Assembly: GCA_045560915.1 (NCBI GenBank)
Contig: JBJKYT010000050.1
Coordinates: 9,926-73,925, forward strand
Direction: 5' to 3'
Source of the DNA: Alphaproteobacteria bacterium
GTDB lineage: Bacteria; Pseudomonadota; Alphaproteobacteria; HIMB59; GCA-002718135
DNA: 64,000 nucleotides
Below the pieces are notes generated by a model. That model was not told where the DNA came from. It did not search any database and saw nothing but the letters and a program-made list of their open reading frames with translations. Below are positions 23,189 to 32,661 of the stretch, one piece after another (position 1 is the first letter of the stretch; each line of letters opens with the position of its first letter). The position numbers and the translations under genes are program-made.

Positions 23189-23474
23189 GTCAAAAAAAAT
23201 TATTTCAAGTATCGTTTTAATTTTAGGTTTATTAATAATAATAGCTTTTCTAGCTCTTCTTTATGGAATGTATTTGAAAATTTCAACTAATGGTCAAAAT
23301 ATATCTGATTCCTCAATTATTTTTTCATCAAATTTGGCAAAAGATGAGCATATTAAGAATATAGAAGTAATTGATAAAAAAAGACTACTTATTTTAATAG
23401 AAAAAAATAACCAAATAAGGGGTGTAATATACGATAGTGACCAAAACCAAATTATTAGAATTATTGAGAGATAA
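23187..23474 (+). CDS. Small single-pass membrane protein (DUF6476-like)
   Basis: 95 aa with an N-terminal TM segment followed by a beta-rich tail. Its start codon overlaps the rluD start on the other strand (CATG). Confidence 0.55.
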   Translation: MSKKIISSIVLILGLLIIIAFLALLYGMYLKISTNGQNISDSSIIFSSNLAKDEHIKNIEVIDKKRLLILIEKNNQIRGVIYDSDQNQIIRIIER

Positions 23475-23512
23475 ATGATTGATTATTTTTTTAAGAGAAT
23501 TAGAGTAGGATA

Positions 23513-23740
23513 ATGGTAAAAAAAGAAAAAAATACAACATTTGAGGAAAATCTTAAACAATTAGAAGATATTGTTGAGCAATTAGAATCAGGAGAAGTAG
23601 ATTTAGAAAAATCTGTTGAACTATATGAAAAAGGAATGATTTTAAAAAATCAATGTGAATCCAAGTTGAAGAGAATTGAAACTCAAATTAAAAAAATTAA
23701 GATTGAAAATAATCAGATAAAAAAAGAAGATTTTAAATAA
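23513..23740 (+). CDS. xseB: Exodeoxyribonuclease VII small subunit
   Basis: 75 aa. The FEENLKQLEDIVEQLESGEVDLEKSVELYEKG block is typical XseB. Confidence 0.92.
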   Translation: MVKKEKNTTFEENLKQLEDIVEQLESGEVDLEKSVELYEKGMILKNQCESKLKRIETQIKKIKIENNQIKKEDFK

Positions 23741-23755
23741 GACTTAAGTAATATT

Positions 23756-25672
23756 GTGGAATATAAATTTTTAAATCAAATTAACTTTCCAGATGATCTT
23801 CGTAAATTTAAAATAGATGAACTAAAAGATATAGCAAATGAATTGCGATTGAAAACTATAGATGCAGTTTCTAAAACCGGAGGTCATCTCGGGGCAGGTC
23901 TGGGTGTAATAGAATTGACAATAGCCTTACATTATATTTTTGATACTCCTAAAGATAAATTAATTTGGGATGTAGGTCATCAAGCTTATCCTCATAAAAT
24001 ATTAACTGGAAGAAAACAAAAAATTGAAACTTTGCGCCAAGAGGATGGTCTATATGGTTTTGTAAAAAGAAGTGAAAGTGAATATGATACTTTTGGAACA
24101 GCTCATAGTTCAACTTCAATTTCAGCAGGACTAGGTATTAAGATAGCTCAAGAATTAAAAAAAGACAATTCAAAAGTTATATGTGTAATAGGGGACGGCG
24201 CTTTAAGCGCAGGAATGGCCTATGAAGCATTAAATAATGCAGGTGCAATGAATAAAGAGTTAATTGTAATTTTAAATGATAATGAAATGTCTATTGATCA
24301 ACCTGTCGGTGCAATGAGTTCTTATCTTTCAAAACTTCTTTCTTCTAGATCTTATTCTAATGTAAGATCTTTAATCAAAAAACTATCAAGTAAATTTCCA
24401 GAGTCATTTCAAAAAACTTTACATAGAGCAGAAGAATTTTCTAAAGGATTTGTGTCAGGAGGAACATTATTTGAAGAATTAGGTTTTTTTTATTTAGGCC
24501 CAATAGATGGGCATAATTTTAATCATTTAATTCCTATAATGACAAATATAAAAAATAATAAAATTCATAAACCTATTTTTTTGCATGTAATCACAAAAAA
24601 AGGTAAAGGTTATAAGCCTGCAGAAGACTCTAGTGATAAGTTTCATGGAGTAAATAAATTTAATATTAAAACCGGTCATTCCTTATCGAGCAGTAATAAG
24701 CAAACATTTTCTGAAATATTTGGTAAAACTCTTGAAAACGAAGCCCTACAAGATGAAAAGATAGTAGGTATTACTGCTGCCATGGCTAGTGGTACAGGAC
24801 TAAATTCATTTAGTAAAAAATTTCCCCAAAGATTTTTTGATGTTGGTATTGCTGAACAACACGCCGTTACTATGGCGGCTGGACTAGCAACTGAAGGTTT
24901 TAAACCTTTTGTTGCAATATATTCAACATTTCTTCAACGTGCATACGATCAAATAGTACATGATGTAGCTATTCAAAAACTACCTGTTAGATTTGCCATT
25001 GATAGAGCTGGTCAAGTTGGTGCTGATGGACCCACTCATGCAGGTTCTTATGATATTTCTTTTTTAAATTCTTTGCCAAATTTTATTATAATGGCAGCAT
25101 CAGATGAAAATGAATTGATAAGAATGATAAAAACTTCATTGTTAATTAATGATAGACCCTCATCTTTTAGATTTCCAAGAGGTTCTGGATCAGGGATTAG
25201 TGAAGAACTTAATTTAAATCCTCTAGAAATTGGCAAAGGTAAGATAATCAAACAGGGCAATAAAATAGCAATCATAAATTTTGGAGCTAGACTTGAAGCT
25301 TGTAAAGAAGCAATAGATATTTTAAAAAACCAAAATGTATTTCCTACTTTAGTAGATGCTAGATTTGTAAAACCTTTAGATACAAATTTATTAAATCAAA
25401 TACTTGATAATCACGAATATATTGTCACAATTGAGGAAGGATCAATCGGAGGCTTTAGTTCTGCTATTTTAAATTATGTTCATAATTTAAAGGTTACTGC
25501 AACAAAATCAGTTATTAAGAATATTATTTTTCCTGATAAATTTGTTGAACATAATTCTCCTGAGAATCAATATAAAGCTATAGGAATGGATTCACATTCA
25601 ATAGTCAAAAAAGTTCTATCTTTTGATAATTCAGATATAATCCCTTTGCATAATTTTAAAAAGAATAATTAA
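23756..25672 (+). CDS. dxs: 1-deoxy-D-xylulose-5-phosphate synthase
   Basis: 638 aa with a GTG start. Motifs GGHLGAGLG, GDGALSAGMAYEALNNAG, DVGIAEQHAV and DGPTHAG. Confidence 0.96.
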   Translation: MEYKFLNQINFPDDLRKFKIDELKDIANELRLKTIDAVSKTGGHLGAGLGVIELTIALHYIFDTPKDKLIWDVGHQAYPHKILTGRKQKIETLRQEDGLYGFVKRSESEYDTFGTAHSSTSISAGLGIKIAQELKKDNSKVICVIGDGALSAGMAYEALNNAGAMNKELIVILNDNEMSIDQPVGAMSSYLSKLLSSRSYSNVRSLIKKLSSKFPESFQKTLHRAEEFSKGFVSGGTLFEELGFFYLGPIDGHNFNHLIPIMTNIKNNKIHKPIFLHVITKKGKGYKPAEDSSDKFHGVNKFNIKTGHSLSSSNKQTFSEIFGKTLENEALQDEKIVGITAAMASGTGLNSFSKKFPQRFFDVGIAEQHAVTMAAGLATEGFKPFVAIYSTFLQRAYDQIVHDVAIQKLPVRFAIDRAGQVGADGPTHAGSYDISFLNSLPNFIIMAASDENELIRMIKTSLLINDRPSSFRFPRGSGSGISEELNLNPLEIGKGKIIKQGNKIAIINFGARLEACKEAIDILKNQNVFPTLVDARFVKPLDTNLLNQILDNHEYIVTIEEGSIGGFSSAILNYVHNLKVTATKSVIKNIIFPDKFVEHNSPENQYKAIGMDSHSIVKKVLSFDNSDIIPLHNFKKNN

Positions 25673-25673
25673 T

Positions 25674-26412
25674 TTGAAAAAAAGAGCTGATTTACTTTTA
25701 GTTGAAAAAAAAATAGTTGCATCTCGTACAAAAGCACAAGCTGTAATTATGGCAGGTCAAATTTTTATAGGTGGAAAAAAAGTTCTTAAAAGTGGAGAGC
25801 TTTATAATATAGAATCTGATATTGAGTATAAGAGCTTACATCCTCAGTGGGTATCTAGGGGGGCATTGAAGATACTAAAAGCTTTAAATCATTTTCAAAT
25901 AAAGCCAGATGGATATATTTGCTTGGATATAGGCGCTTCTACGGGAGGCTTCTCAGATGTATTATTATCAAAAAATGCTAAGAAAATTTTTTGTGTAGAT
26001 GTTGGGATTAATCAATTACATGAAAAATTAGTGTCAAATCCAAAAATTATAAATATACAAAAAACAAATGCAAAATTATTAAATAATGAAATCATAACTG
26101 ATAAAGTTGATCTAATTGTTTGTGATGTTAGTTTTATAAGTATGAAAAAAGTTATAAAACCTTCTTTAAATTTCTTAAAAAATTATGGCATTATACTTGG
26201 TTTAATAAAACCTCAATTTGAGTCTTCAAAAAAAGAAATAAAGAAAGGTGGAGTAATTTTGGATTCAGATGTTCATAAAAGAATATGCGATAGTTTTTGT
26301 AGAATGGTTTACAATTGAATGTAATATGGATGTAATTGGATTGATAGAAAGTCCAATTAAAGGCCCAAAGGGAAATACAGAATTTTTAATTTGTGCAAGG
26401 AAAAAATTATAA
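25674..26412 (+). pseudogene. tlyA: TlyA-family rRNA 2'-O-methyltransferase, C-terminal 36 codons shifted as sequenced
   Basis: TTG start, S4 domain and the LDIGASTGGFSD SAM motif. The conserved tail ...GLIESPIKGPKGNTEFLI is in the +1 frame. The shift window is 26257-26318 and the T5 run at 26294-26298 is the most likely site. Confidence 0.88.
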
Positions 26413-27477
26413 ATATCTTAAGCAATGATCGGCTAATGTAGTAGCCATCATAGCTTCTCCAACTGGAACTGCTCTAATGCCAACACAAGGGTCATGTCTT
26501 CCTTTAGTAGAAATTTCTTTCTCTTTATAATTAACATCTATAGTTTTTCTTTTTGTTAGAATAGAACTAGTGGGCTTCACACAAAACCTAACTATTATAT
26601 CTTGTCCTGTAGAAATTCCTCCTAGTATACCTCCATTATTATTAGATAAAAAAAATGGTTTATTATTTTTTATTCTCATTTCATCAACATTTGAAACGCC
26701 GCTTTCATATACGCTATTAAACCCATTTCCTATTTCAACACCCTTTACTGCATTTATACTCATCATTGATTTTGCAAGATCAGCATCTAGTTTATCATAT
26801 ACAGGCTCACCTAGTCCAACAGGCATTCCTTTACATCTTAATTCAATAATTGCCCCTAAAGAAGAACCTTCTTTTCTGGCTTTAAGAATAAGTTTTTCCC
26901 ATTTTTCAATTATTTTTTCATCTGGAGAAAAAAAATCATTTTTTCCAATAAAATCTTCATTCCAGTTATCATAATCTATTTTAATTTCTCCAACTTGCAC
27001 TAAAGCTCCAATAATTTTAAATTCCTTTTTAATTTTGTTTTTAATTACTTTTCTAGCAATTGCACCTGCCGCTACTCGCATTGCAGTTTCTCTTGCACTA
27101 GATCTACCTCCTCCTCTGTAATCTCGAATGCCATATTTTGACCAATATGTGTAATCAGCATGTCCAGGTCTAAATGTATCTTTAATATCTGAATAATCTT
27201 TTGTTTTTTGATCTTCATTATTTATTAATAATGATATTGGATGACCTGTCGTCTTCCCCTCAAAGATACCAGAAAGAATCTCAACTTGATCACTTTCTTT
27301 TCTTTGAGTAGTAAACTTGGATTGACCTGGTCTTCTTTTATTTAAATAAATCTGAATATCTTCTTCAGATAATTCAATTTTAGATGGAACTCCATCAACC
27401 ACACATCCTATAGCTTTACCATGACTTTCTCCCCATGTATTGAAGTTAAATATTTTACCAGAAATATTAGACGACAT
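26407..27477 (-). CDS. aroC: Chorismate synthase
   Basis: 356 aa. Motifs [18 protein letters not shown] and RHDPCV. Confidence 0.97.
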   Translation of the reverse strand: MSSNISGKIFNFNTWGESHGKAIGCVVDGVPSKIELSEEDIQIYLNKRRPGQSKFTTQRKESDQVEILSGIFEGKTTGHPISLLINNEDQKTKDYSDIKDTFRPGHADYTYWSKYGIRDYRGGGRSSARETAMRVAAGAIARKVIKNKIKKEFKIIGALVQVGEIKIDYDNWNEDFIGKNDFFSPDEKIIEKWEKLILKARKEGSSLGAIIELRCKGMPVGLGEPVYDKLDADLAKSMMSINAVKGVEIGNGFNSVYESGVSNVDEMRIKNNKPFFLSNNNGGILGGISTGQDIIVRFCVKPTSSILTKRKTIDVNYKEKEISTKGRHDPCVGIRAVPVGEAMMATTLADHCLRYL

Positions 27478-28301
27478 TATTGATCCTTTTTAAATTCTGA
27501 TAAAAGATTAGAAATATTTTCAGTTTCATCTACTGCAACCATCCCCACTGTATGATAACCACAGTCTACATGTTGTATTTCTCCTGTAACTGCTCCTCCT
27601 AAATCACTTAAGAGATAGAGAGCAGCATTCCCTACATCTTCTTGACTAACATTTCTTTTTAAAGGAGCATTAAGCTCATTCCATTTTAGTATAAACCTAA
27701 AATCCCCAATTCCTGATGCGGCTAAGGTTTTAATAGGGCCAGCACTAATAGCATTAACTCTTATATTTTTTTCTCCCATATCTACTGCTAAATATCTAAC
27801 GCTTGCTTCTAAAGCAGCTTTTGCAACTCCCATAACATTGTAATGAGGCATTACTTGTTCTGACCCATAGTAAGTTAGAGTTAAAATAGAACCTCCTTTA
27901 TTCATTATAGGTTCAGCTAATTTACAGGCTTCGGTGAAAGAAAAACAAGAAATATGCATCGTTTGATTAAAATTTTCACTAGTCGTATTGTAATATTTTC
28001 CTCTTAATTCATCTTTATTTGAAAAACCAATACCATGAACAAGAAAATCTATATTTTGCCATTTTTCTTTTAATATTTTGAATGTTGATTGCATTGACGC
28101 AGTATCTGTAACATCACAAGGAATTATTATTGAAGAACCTACACTTTCAGCCAAAGGAGAGACTCTTTTTTTTAAAGCTTCACCTTGATAAGTAAAGGCA
28201 ACCTCAGCGCCTTCAGAAGCAATTTTCTTAGCAATCCCCCAAGCAATTGATCTATCATTAGCTACTCCCATAACTAACCCTTTTTTTCCCTTCATGATCA
28301 T
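27477..28301 (-). CDS. fabI: Enoyl-[acyl-carrier-protein] reductase (NADH) FabI
   Basis: 274 aa. SIAWGIAK and the [10 protein letters not shown] catalytic Tyr/Lys block. Overlaps the aroC start by 1 nt. Confidence 0.95.
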   Translation of the reverse strand: MIMKGKKGLVMGVANDRSIAWGIAKKIASEGAEVAFTYQGEALKKRVSPLAESVGSSIIIPCDVTDTASMQSTFKILKEKWQNIDFLVHGIGFSNKDELRGKYYNTTSENFNQTMHISCFSFTEACKLAEPIMNKGGSILTLTYYGSEQVMPHYNVMGVAKAALEASVRYLAVDMGEKNIRVNAISAGPIKTLAASGIGDFRFILKWNELNAPLKRNVSQEDVGNAALYLLSDLGGAVTGEIQHVDCGYHTVGMVAVDETENISNLLSEFKKDQ

Positions 28302-28368
28302 ATTTTTTTTCCCACTAAAATAAAATTCTTAATTATTTTATTAATATGAACTATATATACATAATATC

Positions 28369-28992
28369 TTGAGCCGTCTAAAAAATATGAAAGAAAAAAA
28401 ATTAATTATCAATTCATCTAATAATCCATTCAGTTTATTTAAAGAATGGTTTGACGAGGCTCAAAAAAATGAAATTAATGATGCTAATGCCATGAATTTA
28501 TCTACAATATCAAAATCCAACTTCCCTTCATCTAGAATGGTTTTATTAAAGGATTTTGATGATAGAGGCTTTGTATTTTATACAAATATAAAAAGTAAAA
28601 AAGGAAACGATATAATTAATAACCCTAATGTCTCTTTAAATTTTCATTGGAAATCTATTACTAAACAAGTGAGAATTGAGGGCAAAGCTATATCAGTCTC
28701 TGACAAAGAGGCAGATGAGTATTTTAATTCAAGACCTAAAGAAAGTAGAATAGGAGCATGGTCGTCGAATCAATCAAGTAAAATGAATAATAGAGAAGAT
28801 TTAATTGAAAAATATAACTTTTATAAAGAAAAATTTAAAGAAGATTCAATTCCTCGTCCTGATTATTGGAGTGGCTTTAGAGTAGTACCTAGACTAATTG
28901 AATTTTGGCAAGATATGCCTTTTCGTCTTCATGACAGATTGGAATTTATAAAAATTAATAATAAATGGGAAACAAAAAAATTATTCCCATAA
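28369..28992 (+). CDS. pdxH: Pyridoxamine 5'-phosphate oxidase
   Basis: Motifs RMVLLK.FD.RGFVFYTN, S.KG, WSGFR and IEFWQ....RLHDR. The start is TTG 28369 or ATG 28387. Confidence 0.93.
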   Translation: MSRLKNMKEKKLIINSSNNPFSLFKEWFDEAQKNEINDANAMNLSTISKSNFPSSRMVLLKDFDDRGFVFYTNIKSKKGNDIINNPNVSLNFHWKSITKQVRIEGKAISVSDKEADEYFNSRPKESRIGAWSSNQSSKMNNREDLIEKYNFYKEKFKEDSIPRPDYWSGFRVVPRLIEFWQDMPFRLHDRLEFIKINNKWETKKLFP

Positions 28993-28993
28993 A

Positions 28994-29440
28994 TTAATTA
29001 TCAGTCCATTTTTTAAGTAGCCGGGAGCTTGAGTTAGCTTTATTTTTACCACCTATTTCCCAAATAGTTTCAATATTATTTTTTTCACAATATTCTTTTT
29101 CAGGAGTTGTTTTTTGATTTCTATCTCCTCCATTAGCAAGCTTTATTGTGCTATTCGAATATTTTGCTTTTGCTTTTTTTATTCCATCAATACATGTAGT
29201 ATCAGAGTCATCAAAAGCTATAACTTCAATAACACCTTTAATAGACCCCATAATAATTCTACGTTCTTTAAAATTATGAAATTCTTTTCCTTTTTTTTTC
29301 CTTAACCATTCATCAGAATTTAATAAAACCACAACACCTCCATATTTAGAAGCTTCTTTAATTAATTTTATATGACCTTGATGAATAGGATCAAAACCAC
29401 CACTAACTAAAATAATATTCTTCATGTATCTTTTCTCCAC
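28994..29440 (-). CDS. Cytidylyltransferase-family nucleotidyltransferase (HxGH), substrate unknown
   Basis: 148 aa. GGFDPIHQGH (HxGH motif) and the C-terminal NSSSRLL (ISSTxIR-like). Overlaps the pyrE 3' end by 19 nt. Confidence 0.75.
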   Translation of the reverse strand: MEKRYMKNIILVSGGFDPIHQGHIKLIKEASKYGGVVVLLNSDEWLRKKKGKEFHNFKERRIIMGSIKGVIEVIAFDDSDTTCIDGIKKAKAKYSNSTIKLANGGDRNQKTTPEKEYCEKNNIETIWEIGGKNKANSSSRLLKKWTDN

Positions 29441-30066
29441 TTTTCAGGATTATATAAAAAATTTTCCAAACTTGTGATTTGTTTAGTAGAATATAATTCT
29501 TTTATTTTAATTATATTAATGACATCTTTCCATGTACAAAGTGAATGTAAATTTACTCGGTAGTTTGATAGAGATGATTTTTTAAAATCAAAAATATCAT
29601 AATAAAAAATGACAAATATATCAGTAATTTTAAGTTTTGCTTTTCTTATAGCTTCTATAAAAATTATTTTGCTTCCTCCATCTGTAGCTAAATCTTCAAT
29701 TAATATTGTTTTTTGTTTTTCTTTAAAATGACCTTCTATTTGTTGATTTTGACCAAATCCTTTTGGTTTTTTTCTAATATAGATCATTGGTTTTTTTAGT
29801 AATTGTGAAAAAAAGGCAGAATACGGAATTCCAGCAGTCTCACCACCAGCTAAAATATCAAAATCTAAATTATTTTCTTTAAAATATTCTATTCCATAAT
29901 TTATTATAGTTTGTCTCTCATTAACAAAAGATATTATTTTTCTGCAGTCAACATATACTGGGCTTTTCAATCCTGATGTAAGTGTAAAAGGATTATCAAA
30001 AGAAAATTTTACTGATTCTATATTTATTAAAATCTCTGCAACTTTTTCATTATATTTATTCTTCAT
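29422..30066 (-). CDS. pyrE: Orotate phosphoribosyltransferase
   Basis: 214 aa. PRPP-binding motif ILIEDLATDGGS, plus FTLTSGLKSPVYVD. Confidence 0.9.
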   Translation of the reverse strand: MKNKYNEKVAEILINIESVKFSFDNPFTLTSGLKSPVYVDCRKIISFVNERQTIINYGIEYFKENNLDFDILAGGETAGIPYSAFFSQLLKKPMIYIRKKPKGFGQNQQIEGHFKEKQKTILIEDLATDGGSKIIFIEAIRKAKLKITDIFVIFYYDIFDFKKSSLSNYRVNLHSLCTWKDVINIIKIKELYSTKQITSLENFLYNPEKWRKDT

Positions 30067-30068
30067 TT

Positions 30069-30542
30069 TTATGTAATTTGTGAAATGTGATCCTTTGAAA
30101 AGTTTCCTGGTACAATCATTACAGGTATGCGTAGTGTACTAATCTCTCTAGAAATTAAAGCATTTATAATAGGACCAGGGTTTTTTTCATTTTCATTAGT
30201 ATTTGCGGCTAATACCAAAACATTAATACCTTCTTCTTCTTCAATTAATTTTTTTAATTCAGAAATTATTTCTCCTTCTCTAGTATGTAAAACAGGCACT
30301 ATACCAGTTGCTTCTTTTACAATAGTTGCAGCTGTATTAAGAATTTTTTCAGCTTCTTCTCTAGCTTCATTTTTCATAATTTCAGAAATTCCTTGTGTTG
30401 TTAAAACATCTAAAGGTTCTATAAAAGTAGCAATAATAATTTTTCTTCCAGTTTTTTTTGATCTAGCACAGGCATATTCCAATGCGATATTCATCTCAGG
30501 TGAATTATCTGCAATAACTAATATATATCGATCGTCACTCAT
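30069..30542 (-). CDS. Universal stress protein family protein
   Basis: 157 aa. USP fold pattern (ILV..D.S......A..YA and a C-terminal PVMIVP). Confidence 0.75.
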   Translation of the reverse strand: MSDDRYILVIADNSPEMNIALEYACARSKKTGRKIIIATFIEPLDVLTTQGISEIMKNEAREEAEKILNTAATIVKEATGIVPVLHTREGEIISELKKLIEEEEGINVLVLAANTNENEKNPGPIINALISREISTLRIPVMIVPGNFSKDHISQIT

Positions 30543-30544
30543 TG

Positions 30545-31297
30545 TTATAACCTCCTAAAAACAGTTGCAGCAATCAAGCCACTTATTATAGCAAAAAAAA
30601 TAGATAAAAATCCATAAGTTGCAGGTTTTTCATAAGCAAATTTATAAACTTTTTCACCAATCCCAGATTTTTTTATGTTGATAACTCTATTTTGTTTATT
30701 TTGAATTATTTGATTTTTAACTTGATAAATAGTCACTTCATATTTTCCTGGTACAGAATTTGAAGGAAAAAATATACGAGTTTGAAATAATTTATTATCC
30801 ACATTTTGAAATTCATATTCTTTAAACAAATTTTCAGAAAATTTTAAATCAACTAAGTTTTTATTCCATTTTGCTAATTTTTTTTGGTCTATGAAATCTC
30901 TTTGTGTAATAGCATTTACTAAAAGTTCATTAAAATAAAGCTTTTCTTTAATAATCGACTCTTTGCTTAAAATATCTTCTACAGGTTTAGATGATGAAAT
31001 AAAAAAAAGTGAAGGTAAGTTTTTATATATAACTCTTTTGGTATTAAACCAAAAACCCAAAATCCTCTCTTTTTTTAAGACACTTGTATCTTTGTTAGGG
31101 CCTTTAATTGAAATTATGGTATCTTGATTTTTTTGTAAAATCCCGAATATAATTATTTCTTTTCCATTAAAATCAGTTTGTATTTGAATTTCTTTTTCAG
31201 ACAAATCAAAATAAGACTCCTCTGATAATACACTATTATTAATCAAGATAAAAAAAATGATAAAAGATAAATGTTTTTTTAAATAATTTTTTTTCAT
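30545..31297 (-). CDS. TIGR02186/Alph_Pro_TM family membrane protein
   Basis: 250 aa. Signal peptide, a large exported domain and a single C-terminal TM ending in RRL. It sits next to a TSUP/TauE gene, as is typical for this alpha-specific family. Confidence 0.65.
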   Translation of the reverse strand: MKKNYLKKHLSFIIFFILINNSVLSEESYFDLSEKEIQIQTDFNGKEIIIFGILQKNQDTIISIKGPNKDTSVLKKERILGFWFNTKRVIYKNLPSLFFISSSKPVEDILSKESIIKEKLYFNELLVNAITQRDFIDQKKLAKWNKNLVDLKFSENLFKEYEFQNVDNKLFQTRIFFPSNSVPGKYEVTIYQVKNQIIQNKQNRVINIKKSGIGEKVYKFAYEKPATYGFLSIFFAIISGLIAATVFRRL

Positions 31298-31303
31298 AAT
31301 AAA

Positions 31304-31696
31304 TTACAAATTGCTCATTTTTTTACTATTCATAATTTTTTCAACTACAATGACTAATAAAGCAAAAAAAGTAATGATTATTAATGTAGATGTTACAATA
31401 AATTCACTAATTATGAGATTTTGATATTGAGAAAGATAGTATGCTGGAGTTAAATATAAAAAAATACAAACAGCTATTCTTAAAAGAAGTAAGTTTTTAT
31501 AATTTTTAATAATATTATTATTATCAATTATCCAATATAAAATTTTAATTATCAATGCTATTATTGCAGAAAAAATTATTATTTTTTGAAAAAAAATTAT
31601 TTCATATTTTAAGATATAAATTGCAGTATAAATAAAAATCAATAATAAGACTAAAAGATCTAACCCTTTTGTTATCTTTTTTAAAAATTCTGTCAT
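31304..31696 (-). CDS. Hypothetical small integral membrane protein (about 4 TM)
   Basis: 130-aa highly hydrophobic ORF. Its start overlaps the upstream TSUP gene stop by 4 nt (ATGA). Confidence 0.55.
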   Translation of the reverse strand: MTEFLKKITKGLDLLVLLLIFIYTAIYILKYEIIFFQKIIIFSAIIALIIKILYWIIDNNNIIKNYKNLLLLRIAVCIFLYLTPAYYLSQYQNLIISEFIVTSTLIIITFFALLVIVVEKIMNSKKMSNL

Positions 31697-32607
31697 GACA
31701 ATTTTAAAGAAAACAAATTAGAAGGAGTCAGTGTAAGATCGGCAAAAATTTTTGCACATACAATTAATACTATTATTGCTAAAATACCTCTAAGATATTC
31801 AGCTTTTAATTTTGTTCCTATACTTGCTCCAATTTGTGCTCCAATTACACCTCCAATAATCATAAGGGCAGCAAGAACAATATCTACTGTTTGGTTCAGG
31901 TATGATTGAAAAAAAGTAGAGTTTGCTGTTACAAAAATTATTTGAAATAAAGAAGTGCCTACTACCACATTTGTTGACATCCCTAAAATATAAACCATTG
32001 CAGGGATCATAATAAAACCTCCACCAATACCCATCATGGCTGATAGTAACCCTACAAAGAAACCAATTATAATTGGGGGTATTGCACTGATATACAATTT
32101 TGAACGATGGAATCTTAATTTAAAAGGTAGTCCATGTATCCAAGAATGCTGATGTAATTTTGTTCTGATAGATGAGGTTGTTCTATATTTTGATATCGTT
32201 GTCCTAGCACTTTCAAATGCCATACTAAAACCTATAAAACCTAAAAAAATTAAAAAAAGCATTTGAATAACCATATCTATTTGTCCAAATCCTCTTAAAA
32301 GTTTAAATAGGTTTACTCCTACTGTTGATCCAACAACACCTCCAATTAATAAAAAAAAACCCATTTTAAAATCAACATTTTTTCTCCTCCAATGAGCCAC
32401 AACACCTGATACAGAAGAAGCTAAAACATGAGGAGCTTCAGTTCCAACTGCAACAGCTGGTGGAATTCCTAAAAAAATCAATAATGGAGTCATTAAAAAA
32501 CCACCCCCAACTCCAAATAATCCAGAAAGCCCTCCAACAACCATGCCAATAAAAATTATTAGCAGAATATTTATATTCATTTCAGCAATGGGAAGATAAA
32601 TTGACAC
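31693..32607 (-). CDS. TSUP/TauE-SafE family anion exporter
   Basis: 304 aa. Two DUF81 repeats with G-rich TM helices (GLFGVGGGFLMTPLL and MGIGGGFIMIPAM). Confidence 0.85.
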   Translation of the reverse strand: MSIYLPIAEMNINILLIIFIGMVVGGLSGLFGVGGGFLMTPLLIFLGIPPAVAVGTEAPHVLASSVSGVVAHWRRKNVDFKMGFFLLIGGVVGSTVGVNLFKLLRGFGQIDMVIQMLFLIFLGFIGFSMAFESARTTISKYRTTSSIRTKLHQHSWIHGLPFKLRFHRSKLYISAIPPIIIGFFVGLLSAMMGIGGGFIMIPAMVYILGMSTNVVVGTSLFQIIFVTANSTFFQSYLNQTVDIVLAALMIIGGVIGAQIGASIGTKLKAEYLRGILAIIVLIVCAKIFADLTLTPSNLFSLKLS

Positions 32608-32661
32608 TAAAAATACTATATTCTTATACTTTTGATTTTTCTATCTTTTTTGGTATTTTTT

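Noticed and set aside
30127-30558. Long antisense or overlapping ORFs: 30127-30558(+), 35234-35665(-), 44994-45434(-), 26570-26974(+), 16028-16402(-), 10907-11209(-), 48066-48410(-), 40775-41092(-), 46580-46807(-), plus the shorter ones in the track
   Set aside because: Each lies entirely inside a well-supported conserved gene on the opposite strand or in another frame. Their translations are low-complexity, rich in F, I, L and S, with no recognisable motifs. They are mirror-frame artefacts.
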